NCBI GenBank assembly: GCA_964594395.1
Contig: CAZQLW010000001.1
Location: 27,579-91,578, forward strand
From: an uncultured Methanosarcinales archaeon
GTDB taxonomy: Archaea; Nanobdellota; Nanobdellia; Woesearchaeales; GW2011-AR9
DNA length: 64,000 nt
Direction of reading: 5' to 3'
Shown here: positions 10,021 to 18,203 of the stretch, one piece after another
Numbering within the stretch: the first letter of the stretch is position 1
Layout: every line of letters starts with the position of its first letter
Made by a program: the position numbers and the translations under genes
The notes under the pieces: model-generated
The model's input: only the letters and a program-made list of their open reading frames with translations
What the model was told of the DNA's origin: nothing
Databases searched by the model: none

Positions 10021-10206
10021 TCATTGTGGTTGTTCAAGTCCATTTAATTCTTCTGAGAGCGTGGAATGCTCTTCTCTTAGTTTACCTAGTTGAATTTTTT
10101 TGAACTCATTGATTTGGTTCCTACCCGCGTCCCACTCTAGCGGTTTTATCTTTTTGTCTAGGTTAAACAACTGTTCTTTTATTTCTGAAATACGTTCTTG
10201 GGACAT
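10021..10206 (-). CDS. small coiled-coil protein (hypothetical)
   Basis: The six-frame ORF runs to 10293, but its first 29 codons overlap repeat copy B. Likely start is MSQERISEIKEQLFNL at 10206. Confidence 0.35.
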   Translation of the reverse strand: MSQERISEIKEQLFNLDKKIKPLEWDAGRNQINEFKKIQLGKLREEHSTLSEELNGLEQPQ

Positions 10207-10254
10207 AAATATATACTTAGATAAGGAAATATATAAATGTTTGTGCTTATTATC

Positions 10255-10350
10255 TGTAATATGTCTGCTTGCACGGCACCTATTATAACGCATAAAAAAT
10301 TTATTAATTTGATTCTAGTGCGTTATGTGCCTCCATTGGCAAAGCCGACA
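10255..10350 (-). repeat. structured roughly 95-nt element, copy B (inverted relative to copy A; inner stem ATAACGCA/TGCGTTAT)
   Basis: Reverse complement aligns with 9277-9364 over about 90 nt. The outer GGCAC/GTGCC stem is conserved and the inner stem differs by compensatory changes. Confidence 0.5.
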
Positions 10351-10366
10351 TATTATATGCAGTTTA

Positions 10367-10693
10367 TTATTCAATTAAGTCTGCTTCAAACATTAAATAG
10401 AAATTAGCTTTCTCATCCAACCCTAATTTATACTCGTTACTTTCTATTTTTTTTAAAAAATGATTATAATCTTTTAGTTTTCCTTTACAAAGAAATTGTT
10501 CACCTATAATCACTGCAGAAATATCGACATCATGTTCAAACATATGGTTCCAAATTTGGACCACTTTGAGACTTAAAGATTTATCAACATCTAATCCAGC
10601 AATCTTGACTGGAAATGCTCTAGCAGTACCCGGTTTCTCTTTCAAATACTGATTACCAAAATTTTCTTTGTAAAACTGATAATCAAGAGTCAT
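10367..10693 (-). CDS. hypothetical protein
   Basis: 108-aa ORF with good coding appearance and no recognised motif. Confidence 0.35.
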   Translation of the reverse strand: MTLDYQFYKENFGNQYLKEKPGTARAFPVKIAGLDVDKSLSLKVVQIWNHMFEHDVDISAVIIGEQFLCKGKLKDYNHFLKKIESNEYKLGLDEKANFYLMFEADLIE

Positions 10694-10785
10694 GAATTAT
10701 TGTGTAAAGCATATAGAATATAAATATTTAGGGTATGGAGTGGTAATAACAAAAGTTTTATATTCTTCTTTAAATTGATTTACCC

Positions 10786-11526
10786 ATGGCTGATTATGAT
10801 AAAATTGCAAAACAATATCTTGAAAGGAGAGCTGATAAATCTCGTTTTGATTATAATCGTGACATAGAAGTTCCAGCAATGATAAAAATGGTTGGTAACG
10901 TGAAAAATAAAATTATCCTCAACATGGGTTGTGGTTTTGGTGATCATTCTCAGAAATTGTTTCAAAAAGGTGCTAAGAAAATCATCGGTTTGGATTTAAG
11001 TAAAGAATTAATTAAGTTTGCTAATGAACAGAATATTCCTAACTGTGAATTTGAAGTTGGAAATATGGATCGGAAACTAAAATATAAAAGTAATCATTTT
11101 GATTTAGTTATTTCAGGGCTTGCTTTACATTATGTAAAAAATGTTAATCAATTATTTTCTGAAGTTAACAGGATTTTAAAGAAAAACGGAACTTTTGTTA
11201 TTTCTACCGGTCATCCCATTTTTGATTTGTTATGTGAAAGTCCAAAATTTAGGATTCAAATTAAAAGAATTGGCAATAAAAGAATAGTTGAAGGAGATTA
11301 TTTTGATCAAACTCCAAAATTAGCTAATTTAGGTTCTCTTGGAAAAATTAAAACATATAGTTATACTTTTGAAACCCTAATAAAATTAGGTTTAAATCAT
11401 GGGTTTGAATTAATTGATTATGTTGATGCTAAACCAGTTCCCGGTTCTAAGAAGTACGATTCTGAGAAATATAAATTAACTACAACTTTGCCAACATTTA
11501 TTTTTTTTAAATGGAAGAAGAAATAA
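10786..11526 (+). CDS. class I SAM-dependent methyltransferase
   Basis: Motif I ILNMGCGFGDHS and motif-II-like DLVISGLALHY. Confidence 0.7.
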   Translation: MADYDKIAKQYLERRADKSRFDYNRDIEVPAMIKMVGNVKNKIILNMGCGFGDHSQKLFQKGAKKIIGLDLSKELIKFANEQNIPNCEFEVGNMDRKLKYKSNHFDLVISGLALHYVKNVNQLFSEVNRILKKNGTFVISTGHPIFDLLCESPKFRIQIKRIGNKRIVEGDYFDQTPKLANLGSLGKIKTYSYTFETLIKLGLNHGFELIDYVDAKPVPGSKKYDSEKYKLTTTLPTFIFFKWKKK

Positions 11527-11536
11527 GGGAGTAACC

Positions 11537-11544
11537 TTTAAAAA
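11537..11544 (+). promoter_or_regulatory. TATA-box-like element (TTTAAAAA) about 25-32 nt upstream of leuS start
   Basis: A/T box at the position expected for an archaeal promoter of a leaderless transcript. Confidence 0.25.
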
Positions 11545-11568
11545 CATTCTATCATTCTCATCTATATT

Positions 11569-14382
11569 ATGGACTGGAATAAAATCCAAGATAAATGGCA
11601 AAAGAAGTGGGCGAAAGCAGAGTTAGGTAAAGCTACTTTTCAAAAAGATAAAGAAAAGTTTATGATGATTTTTGCATATCCAGGAGTTTCGGGATATTTA
11701 CATGTTGGGCATATGCGCGGTTTTTCTTACACTGACGCTATTTGCCGGTACCAAAGGTTATTAGGTAAAGAAGTTTTGTATCCAGTAGGGACGCACGCTT
11801 CCGGGAATCAAGCGTTAGGATTTGCAAACAAAGTTAAAAATAATGATGAAACTTGGATTAATTACTTGAAAAATAACGGCTGTCCAGAAGAAAAAATTAA
11901 AGAACTTACTGATCCTAACAAAGTTGTTGAATATTTTAACCAAGTTTATATTAACGATTATTGGAAAAAGTTCGGTTTCATTTGCGATTGGGACAGGTTT
12001 ACATCTACTGTTAACCCTGATTACCAAAAGTTTATCCAATGGCAGTTCAAAAAGTTACAACAAAAAGATTTACTTATCCAGAAACCATACTTTGCTACGG
12101 CCTGTCCAAATTGTGGGCCAGTAGCTGTTGACCCAAGTGAAACCGACATTTCTAAAGGTGGTAACGCTGAAAAGAACGAGTACACTTTATTAAAGTTCAA
12201 GTATGGCGAAGATTATTTAGTTGCCGCTACTTTAAGACCAGAAACTGTTTACGGTCAAACTAATTTATGGATTAATCCTGAAGCAGAATATGTTCGAGTA
12301 GAAGTTGAAGGAGAAAACTGGATCATGAGCCGGGAAGCTGCAGATAAATTAAAGTATCAAAAAGATGACGTTATTTTGAAAGAAGATGTTGATCCAGAAC
12401 AGTTCATTGGCAGAAAAGTTTTAGCACCAGCGATTGATCGAGAAATAATTATTCTCCCAGCAGAATTCTGTAATCCAAAAGTTGGGTCAGGGATAGTAAC
12501 TTCTGTCCCAAGTGATGCTCCGTATGATTATGTTGCTTTAAGAAGTTTACAAGCAGACTTTGAAACTATCAGAAAATATAAACTTGACCCTGAAGAAATT
12601 AAAAACATTAAATTTATTCCGATAATTAAATCTAAAGGTTACGGCGATTTTCCGGCAAAGGAAATTGTTGAAAAGTTAAACATTAAATTTTTAGATGATC
12701 CAAAGTTAGAAGATGCTACTAAAGAAATCTATAAAGCTGGTTTTCATACCGGAATAATGGTCGACAGTTGCGGTAAGTATGCTGGCAAGAGAGTTGAAGA
12801 AGCTAAAGAACTGATGAAAGCAGAAATGCTTGAAAAGAATAAAGCAGACATTTTTTACGATTTATCTGAAGAAGTTGTTTGTAGGTGTGGTGGAATAGTT
12901 GTTATCAAACGGATTGATGACCAGTGGTTCATTAAATATTCTGATCCGGAACTTACTGAAAGAAGTAAAGAACAAGCTAAAGAGATGAAAATTTATCCAA
13001 ATGAATATCACGATAATATGCCAAACGTCTTAGATTGGTTTTCAGACCGTGCTTGTGCCAGACTTGGAAATTGGTTAGGCAGTAAATTACCTTTTGATGA
13101 CCGTTGGACCGTTGAACCAATTAGTGATTCAACTTTGTACCCAGCATATTATATTGTTGCAAAATGGATTGAAAACAAAACACTTCAAGTTGAAGATTTA
13201 ACTGAAGAATTTTTTGATTATGTCTTTTTAGGAATTGGTGAGGGTAAAGATTCCTGGCAAGAAATAAAAGAAGAGTTTGATTACTTCTATCCTTTAGATA
13301 TTAACCTTGGCGGTAAAGAACATAAAACTGTTCACTTTCCTGTTTTTATAATGAACCATGTTGCTATTCTTCCGGAAGATAAATGGCCACGCGGAATTTT
13401 TGTTAATTGGTGGGTTACTGGCAAAGGTAGTAAGATTTCTAAAAGTAAAGGTGGCGCTGTACCTATCCCTGAAGCTGTAGAAAAGTATGGTGTGGACGCA
13501 ATGCGGTTATATTATGCTCATATTGGTAGTCCACATATTGATGTTGTCTGGACAGAAGAAATTGTTATGAATTATAAAAATGCGTTGGAAAGGGTTTACA
13601 GTTTGGTTGAAAATCTTAAATCTCTTGAAAGAACAAAAAGTCAAACTATTGATTCATGGTTATTATCAAGAGCTAATGAACATATTAAAAAGATTAACCA
13701 GGAAATGAAAAGTTATAATCTTCGAGAACTTGCTTCAATAGTTTACTTTACTTTTTATGACGATTTACGTTGGTACTTACGTCGTGGCGGAGATAATAAG
13801 AAAACTGTTAAAGAAGTTTTAGACGTTTGGATTAAATTAATGAATCCGATAACCCCTCATTTAAGTGAGGAACTTAATAGTACTAAAGAATTAGTTTCTG
13901 TCAGTTCCTGGCCAAAAATTGATGAAGAAAAAGTTAGTTTGAAATCTAGTGCTGGTGAGGATTTAGTGAGGACTGCGATTGAAGGGATGAGAAATGTTCT
14001 TAAATTGGCTAAGTTAGAGAAAGCTAGTAAGTATACCTTATTCGTTTCAGAACAATGGAAATACGAATTGTTTAATCTAGTTTCTCAAGAAATTAACGTT
14101 ACTCGTAATGTTGGTGAGGTTATGAAAAAGGTTCTTGCAGAAGAGGGAATGAAAATTAAAGGTAAAGAAATTGGTAAACTTGTTCCTGCTTTGATTAAAG
14201 ATGTTTCTAAATTGCCTAAGATGGTAACTTCTCAAGAAGATGAACTAAAAATTATGGGAGAAGCTCAACAGTTTTTAGAGAAAGAATTCTCTTGTACTAT
14301 AGAAATTGTTAATGCTGATCAGAGTGAAGAAGTGAAAGCTAAATCTGCAACGCCTGGTAAAGTTGGAATATTGGTTGAGTAA
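11569..14382 (+). CDS. leuS: leucyl-tRNA synthetase (archaeal/eukaryal type)
   Basis: Class I HIGH-type motif (YLHVGHMRG) and KMSKS motif (KISKSKGG). 937 aa. Confidence 0.9.
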   Translation: MDWNKIQDKWQKKWAKAELGKATFQKDKEKFMMIFAYPGVSGYLHVGHMRGFSYTDAICRYQRLLGKEVLYPVGTHASGNQALGFANKVKNNDETWINYLKNNGCPEEKIKELTDPNKVVEYFNQVYINDYWKKFGFICDWDRFTSTVNPDYQKFIQWQFKKLQQKDLLIQKPYFATACPNCGPVAVDPSETDISKGGNAEKNEYTLLKFKYGEDYLVAATLRPETVYGQTNLWINPEAEYVRVEVEGENWIMSREAADKLKYQKDDVILKEDVDPEQFIGRKVLAPAIDREIIILPAEFCNPKVGSGIVTSVPSDAPYDYVALRSLQADFETIRKYKLDPEEIKNIKFIPIIKSKGYGDFPAKEIVEKLNIKFLDDPKLEDATKEIYKAGFHTGIMVDSCGKYAGKRVEEAKELMKAEMLEKNKADIFYDLSEEVVCRCGGIVVIKRIDDQWFIKYSDPELTERSKEQAKEMKIYPNEYHDNMPNVLDWFSDRACARLGNWLGSKLPFDDRWTVEPISDSTLYPAYYIVAKWIENKTLQVEDLTEEFFDYVFLGIGEGKDSWQEIKEEFDYFYPLDINLGGKEHKTVHFPVFIMNHVAILPEDKWPRGIFVNWWVTGKGSKISKSKGGAVPIPEAVEKYGVDAMRLYYAHIGSPHIDVVWTEEIVMNYKNALERVYSLVENLKSLERTKSQTIDSWLLSRANEHIKKINQEMKSYNLRELASIVYFTFYDDLRWYLRRGGDNKKTVKEVLDVWIKLMNPITPHLSEELNSTKELVSVSSWPKIDEEKVSLKSSAGEDLVRTAIEGMRNVLKLAKLEKASKYTLFVSEQWKYELFNLVSQEINVTRNVGEVMKKVLAEEGMKIKGKEIGKLVPALIKDVSKLPKMVTSQEDELKIMGEAQQFLEKEFSCTIEIVNADQSEEVKAKSATPGKVGILVE

Positions 14383-14414
14383 AGTTTATTAATACTAATT
14401 ATTTAACAGTTCTT

Positions 14415-14927
14415 ATGAAAAAGAAAGAGATTATTATTGCGATTACAATTGCGATCATTTTTGCATTATTTATTGGTTATGGGATAGAAGTTTTTGATCC
14501 CAGTCCAGACCGAGATGACTTTTGTCCTGAAAAATTATATGACATTGATAATGAAGAAGAATGTTTAGATTCTAAAGGTAATTGGGGTAGTAATTCTAAT
14601 CAGCCCAGAGTTCCAGAAAAAGAAACAGTAGTTGAAAAAGAATTCTGTTCACCAATAAAGGAGTGTTATGATGATTACGATACAGCAAGAACTCAACACG
14701 ATAAAATAGTTTTTATTGTTGGTATCATTGTCGGACTATTAGCAATATTTACTGGAGTACTTCTTAAGAAAGATGCAGTAAGTACTGGAATACTTAGTGG
14801 TGGGATTTTATTAATCATTTATGGTACAGTAAGATACTGGGAACATGCTAATGATACTTTGAAATTTGTTCTTCTTGGAATTGTTTTAGCAGTACTAATT
14901 TGGATTGGTTACAAGAAACTAAAATGA
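14415..14927 (+). CDS. membrane protein with extracellular Cys-containing loop (hypothetical)
   Basis: N-terminal TM, acidic Cys-containing segment, two C-terminal TMs. Confidence 0.4.
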   Translation: MKKKEIIIAITIAIIFALFIGYGIEVFDPSPDRDDFCPEKLYDIDNEEECLDSKGNWGSNSNQPRVPEKETVVEKEFCSPIKECYDDYDTARTQHDKIVFIVGIIVGLLAIFTGVLLKKDAVSTGILSGGILLIIYGTVRYWEHANDTLKFVLLGIVLAVLIWIGYKKLK

Positions 14928-15376
14928 AAAAAGTACCGTTAAAAGTAAAAGATTTTAACAGGGATATTGAACATTACGGGATAAGTTATCATAAGAAAGA
15001 TTTAGCAATTTTGGTTGAAGATGATAAATATAAATTTGTCTTGATTAACAAAGAACTAGCATTCTTTTATTATGAAAATAAAATCGTACCAACATTGAAA
15101 TTGTTACAACAGAAAATAATTCTTAAAAAAATTGTTGTGGATATGGGAGCAATAAAATTTGTGGTTAACGGTGCAGACATTATGCGGCCAGGAATTGTTG
15201 AAATTGAAGAGGGAATTGCCAAAGATGATTTTATTGTTATTGTTGATGTAAACAATAATAAACCTCTTGCAGTAGGAATCGCTTTGTTAAACTCAGAAGA
15301 TATGCGTTCTGCTACTGCTGGGAAAGTTATCAAGAATATCCATCATGTTGGAGATGAACTTTGGAGATGGGAATGA
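14924..15376 (+). CDS. PUA-domain protein (Nip7-like)
   Basis: C-terminal DMGAIKFVVNGADIMRPGI is PUA-domain-like. Start at the ATGA overlap with the upstream stop. Size is consistent with archaeal Nip7 homologues. Confidence 0.55.
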   Translation: MKKVPLKVKDFNRDIEHYGISYHKKDLAILVEDDKYKFVLINKELAFFYYENKIVPTLKLLQQKIILKKIVVDMGAIKFVVNGADIMRPGIVEIEEGIAKDDFIVIVDVNNNKPLAVGIALLNSEDMRSATAGKVIKNIHHVGDELWRWE

Positions 15377-15714
15377 TAACTAACAAAACAACCAATCAAA
15401 TAATCTCCAACAAAGAAATTATTTGTAACAACGTTTTCTCACAATCTCTCGGGTTAATGTTTTCCAAAAGAAAAAATTTGATTATGGTCTTCAATAAAGA
15501 AAGAAAAATATCTTTGCACAACTTTTTTGTCTTCTATCCCATTGATGTTTTAATTCTAGATGAAAATAAAAAAATTATCGAAATTAAAGAAAATTTCAAA
15601 CCGTTTACATTCTGGAATTCTAAAAATAAAGGGAAATATTTGATTGAGTTAGGTAAAGAAGAAAGTAAAAAGATGGTTGATTTCGGAAATAAATTGAGTT
15701 TTTATTCTAAATGA
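15373..15714 (+). CDS. DUF192-family protein
   Basis: SLGLMFSKR matches the GLM(F/G)R core motif of DUF192 (COG1430). ATGA overlap with the upstream gene. Confidence 0.5.
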   Translation: MITNKTTNQIISNKEIICNNVFSQSLGLMFSKRKNLIMVFNKERKISLHNFFVFYPIDVLILDENKKIIEIKENFKPFTFWNSKNKGKYLIELGKEESKKMVDFGNKLSFYSK

Positions 15715-15941
15715 GTGGTAAGAAAACATTATATATTTGCTCTATTCTATAATGATACTGCCAGTCAAAGATAAATTTAGGGGGAGTTGAGCTTAGAAAA
15801 TCCATATGGTTCGCTTAAATGCTATAAAACTACCCCAAGCATCAGATTTGTCTGGTGGTTATTTTTCTTCTCAAAAAACAATAAATTACTTAAATCAAAA
15901 AATAATTCTTCTTAAAAAAGATGAAAAAAAAGAGGGCTTGA

Positions 15942-16589
15942 ATGAAAAAAGAAACAATTTTAGTTTTCGGTGCACATACTGACGATTTTGTTATTGGTGC
16001 TGGTGGAACAATTGCTAATTATATTAATGAAGGTAAAAAAGTTTATTCAGTAATATTTTCTTTTGGTGAACTTTCTCACCCTTGGATGAAAGAGAAGATT
16101 ATCAAAACTATGCGGGGCAAAGAAACTTTAGATGCTGGTTCTTTGTTAGGTGTGAAAACTATTTTTTTAGGACTTGCTGACCAAAAAATATCTGAAGATT
16201 ATATTAAGAACAATACAGAAGCTGATTTATTAAAATTAATAAGAAGGATCAAACCAGTAAAAATATTTACTCACAGTATTGAAGACCCTCACCCTGACCA
16301 CCGTACTGTTAACAAAATCACGATGGAACTTTATAATAAAGTTGGATTTAATCCTAAACCAGAACTTTACGTTTATTCTGTCTGGAATCCGGTTTCTTTT
16401 AAAACTAATTGGCCATCATTATATGTTAATATTACTAAAACGTTTAAACTTAAATTAAGAGCATTAAAAATTTTCAAAAGTCAAAAAATTCATGTGGCTT
16501 ATCCTTTATTCCTGTTAATTTTTAAAGCAATCAAGAACGGGTTGAAAATCAAAACATTGTTTGGAGAGCAATTTTACAGAATAAAATGA
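15942..16589 (+). CDS. PIG-L/LmbE-family N-acetylglucosaminyl deacetylase
   Basis: N-terminal VFGAHTDDFVIGAGGT corresponds to the AHPDDE metal-binding motif of LmbE/PIG-L deacetylases. Confidence 0.7.
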   Translation: MKKETILVFGAHTDDFVIGAGGTIANYINEGKKVYSVIFSFGELSHPWMKEKIIKTMRGKETLDAGSLLGVKTIFLGLADQKISEDYIKNNTEADLLKLIRRIKPVKIFTHSIEDPHPDHRTVNKITMELYNKVGFNPKPELYVYSVWNPVSFKTNWPSLYVNITKTFKLKLRALKIFKSQKIHVAYPLFLLIFKAIKNGLKIKTLFGEQFYRIK

Positions 16590-16708
16590 TTAATATAACA
16601 AATGTCGTGGGGTTAAACATAGTGAAGCCCCACTTGAATGAATTTGGTATCAAACGTTTGGCTTGCCCAAAGGTTTGTTTTGGGAACAATTTTATCGAAT
16701 AAAATAAA

Positions 16709-17872
16709 ATGACTGAAAAAATAAAATTATTATTAGTAGCGGACACATATTATCCAAAAGTAGATGGTACACTTAGATTTTTGGAAGAGTTCATTAAACG
16801 TGCTCATTCTAATTTTGAAATTTCTTTACTTGTTCCTGATTTTGGTAAAAAATCTCACCGGTTAAAGAAAAGTTGGCTTAAAGAAATAATTTTTGTTGAA
16901 CCTTCAAAATATATTCAAGTCTCTGGTTATCCAAACATGAAGCTTTCTTTAAAAAATTTAAAAAAAATAAAAAATGCTTTACAAAATGCGGACTTAGTTT
17001 TTGTTCAAGGGCCAGCTTTAATCAGTTATTTAAGTTTATATTTAAGTCGTAGGTATGAGAAAAAAACTTTATTTTATACTCACACTATTTCCTGGGACCT
17101 TTTTGCTAAATTTTTCCCTCCGATATTGAACAAGTTATTTTTGAATTTTATCAAAAAGATTTCAATTTACCTTTACAACCGTTGTGACGAAATTATTGTC
17201 CCTTACCAAGATTTAAAAACAGAACTGGTTGAGAAAGGTGTTAATACTAAAATGGCTGTTGCCCGTTTAGGTGTTGATATAGATCTCCTTTCTCCTTCTC
17301 ATAATAAAAAAGCAAGTAAGGAAAAAATTCATATTGGTAAAAATAAAACTGTAATTGGTTACATGGGAAGAATTTCTAAAGAAAAAAATGCAAAAATTTT
17401 ATTAGAAGCTTTCCGTAAATTGCCTAACCAAGAAAAACTTTTACTTTTAATGGTCGGTGATGGCCCTGAAGAACAGTTGAAAGAATTTAAAGAAACTAAA
17501 AATTGTAAAATTACTGGTTTTGTTGACGATGTCCATAAGTACCTTAAAGCGATGGACATTTTTGTTATGCCCAGTTTAACAGAAACTACTTCTTTAGCAA
17601 CTTTAGAAGCTATGTCTACGGGATTACCGGTAATTGTTACCAAAGTAGGTTTTATGAAAAAGTATGTTGTTAAAAATCATAATGGGATATTTTTTCCACG
17701 TAATAGTGCAACATTACTAACTATTAAGATTGAACAGTTGCTTAAAAATGAAAATTTGAAATTGAATTTAGGTAAAAATGCACGTAAAACTATTGCTTAT
17801 TCATTTTCTTGGGAGCGTTCAATCAACAAAATTAAAAGGATTTTATTGGAAGAATTTTATCGTGAACAATAA
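16709..17872 (+). CDS. GT4-family glycosyltransferase
   Basis: GT-B C-terminal motif region (GYMGRISKEK ... MPSLTETTSLATLEAMSTGLPVIVT) typical of GT1/GT4 enzymes. Confidence 0.75.
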   Translation: MTEKIKLLLVADTYYPKVDGTLRFLEEFIKRAHSNFEISLLVPDFGKKSHRLKKSWLKEIIFVEPSKYIQVSGYPNMKLSLKNLKKIKNALQNADLVFVQGPALISYLSLYLSRRYEKKTLFYTHTISWDLFAKFFPPILNKLFLNFIKKISIYLYNRCDEIIVPYQDLKTELVEKGVNTKMAVARLGVDIDLLSPSHNKKASKEKIHIGKNKTVIGYMGRISKEKNAKILLEAFRKLPNQEKLLLLMVGDGPEEQLKEFKETKNCKITGFVDDVHKYLKAMDIFVMPSLTETTSLATLEAMSTGLPVIVTKVGFMKKYVVKNHNGIFFPRNSATLLTIKIEQLLKNENLKLNLGKNARKTIAYSFSWERSINKIKRILLEEFYREQ

Positions 17873-17932
17873 CAGAGCATATACTTTATATGGGTAAATC
17901 TTAAAAAGAAACATTGAAAAACTTAAATTAAA

Positions 17933-18166
17933 ATGGAAAACATTGTATTTACTGGGGAAAAGAATTCAAATGGCGAAGAGCTTGATCCTGAACAAGAAGC
18001 TTTCATGAGTGGTTACACTGAAGATGAAAAGGTTGAAGAATGTGCAGAATGTGGAGCAGCGATTCGTCCAGACAAAAAAGTTGTTAAAGAAATTAATGGT
18101 GAAAACTTAGTTTTCTGTTCAGAAGAATGTGCTGCTGAATTTGCAGAAAGTGCTTCTGAAGAATAA
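17933..18166 (+). CDS. small acidic TRASH/L24e-like zinc-ribbon protein
   Basis: C-x2-C-x21-C-x3-C (CAECGAAI...FCSEEC) matches the TRASH/L24e ribbon pattern. The protein is strongly acidic. Confidence 0.45.
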   Translation: MENIVFTGEKNSNGEELDPEQEAFMSGYTEDEKVEECAECGAAIRPDKKVVKEINGENLVFCSEECAAEFAESASEE

Positions 18167-18190
18167 ACTTTTTTTGTCTTTTTTATTAAT
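18167..18190 (+). terminator. T-rich tract downstream of small Zn-ribbon gene
   Basis: TAAACTTTTTTTGTCTTTTTTATT immediately after the stop codon. Confidence 0.3.
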
Positions 18191-18203
18191 TGTATTCTTA
18201 CAT

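Noticed and set aside
10021-10293. Ribosomal protein L29 (uL29) assignment for the small coiled-coil ORF next to rps6e
   Set aside because: Only a short EIKEQLFNL resemblance to the L29 ELKxELFNLRFQ core. The LRFQ and downstream conserved residues are missing.
9277-10350. Interpretation of the inverted repeat pair as terminal inverted repeats of an IS/MITE carrying rps6e
   Set aside because: No transposase, TnpB or integrase lies between or near the repeats, and the internal cargo is an essential ribosomal protein gene. The compensatory stem changes favour a structured RNA/element over transposon TIRs. A REP/MITE-like origin cannot be fully excluded.
17933-18166. Calling the small Zn-ribbon ORF ribosomal protein L24e
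   Set aside because: The ribbon pattern matches, but the protein is strongly acidic with Glu-rich termini rather than basic. A TRASH-type small protein is more likely.
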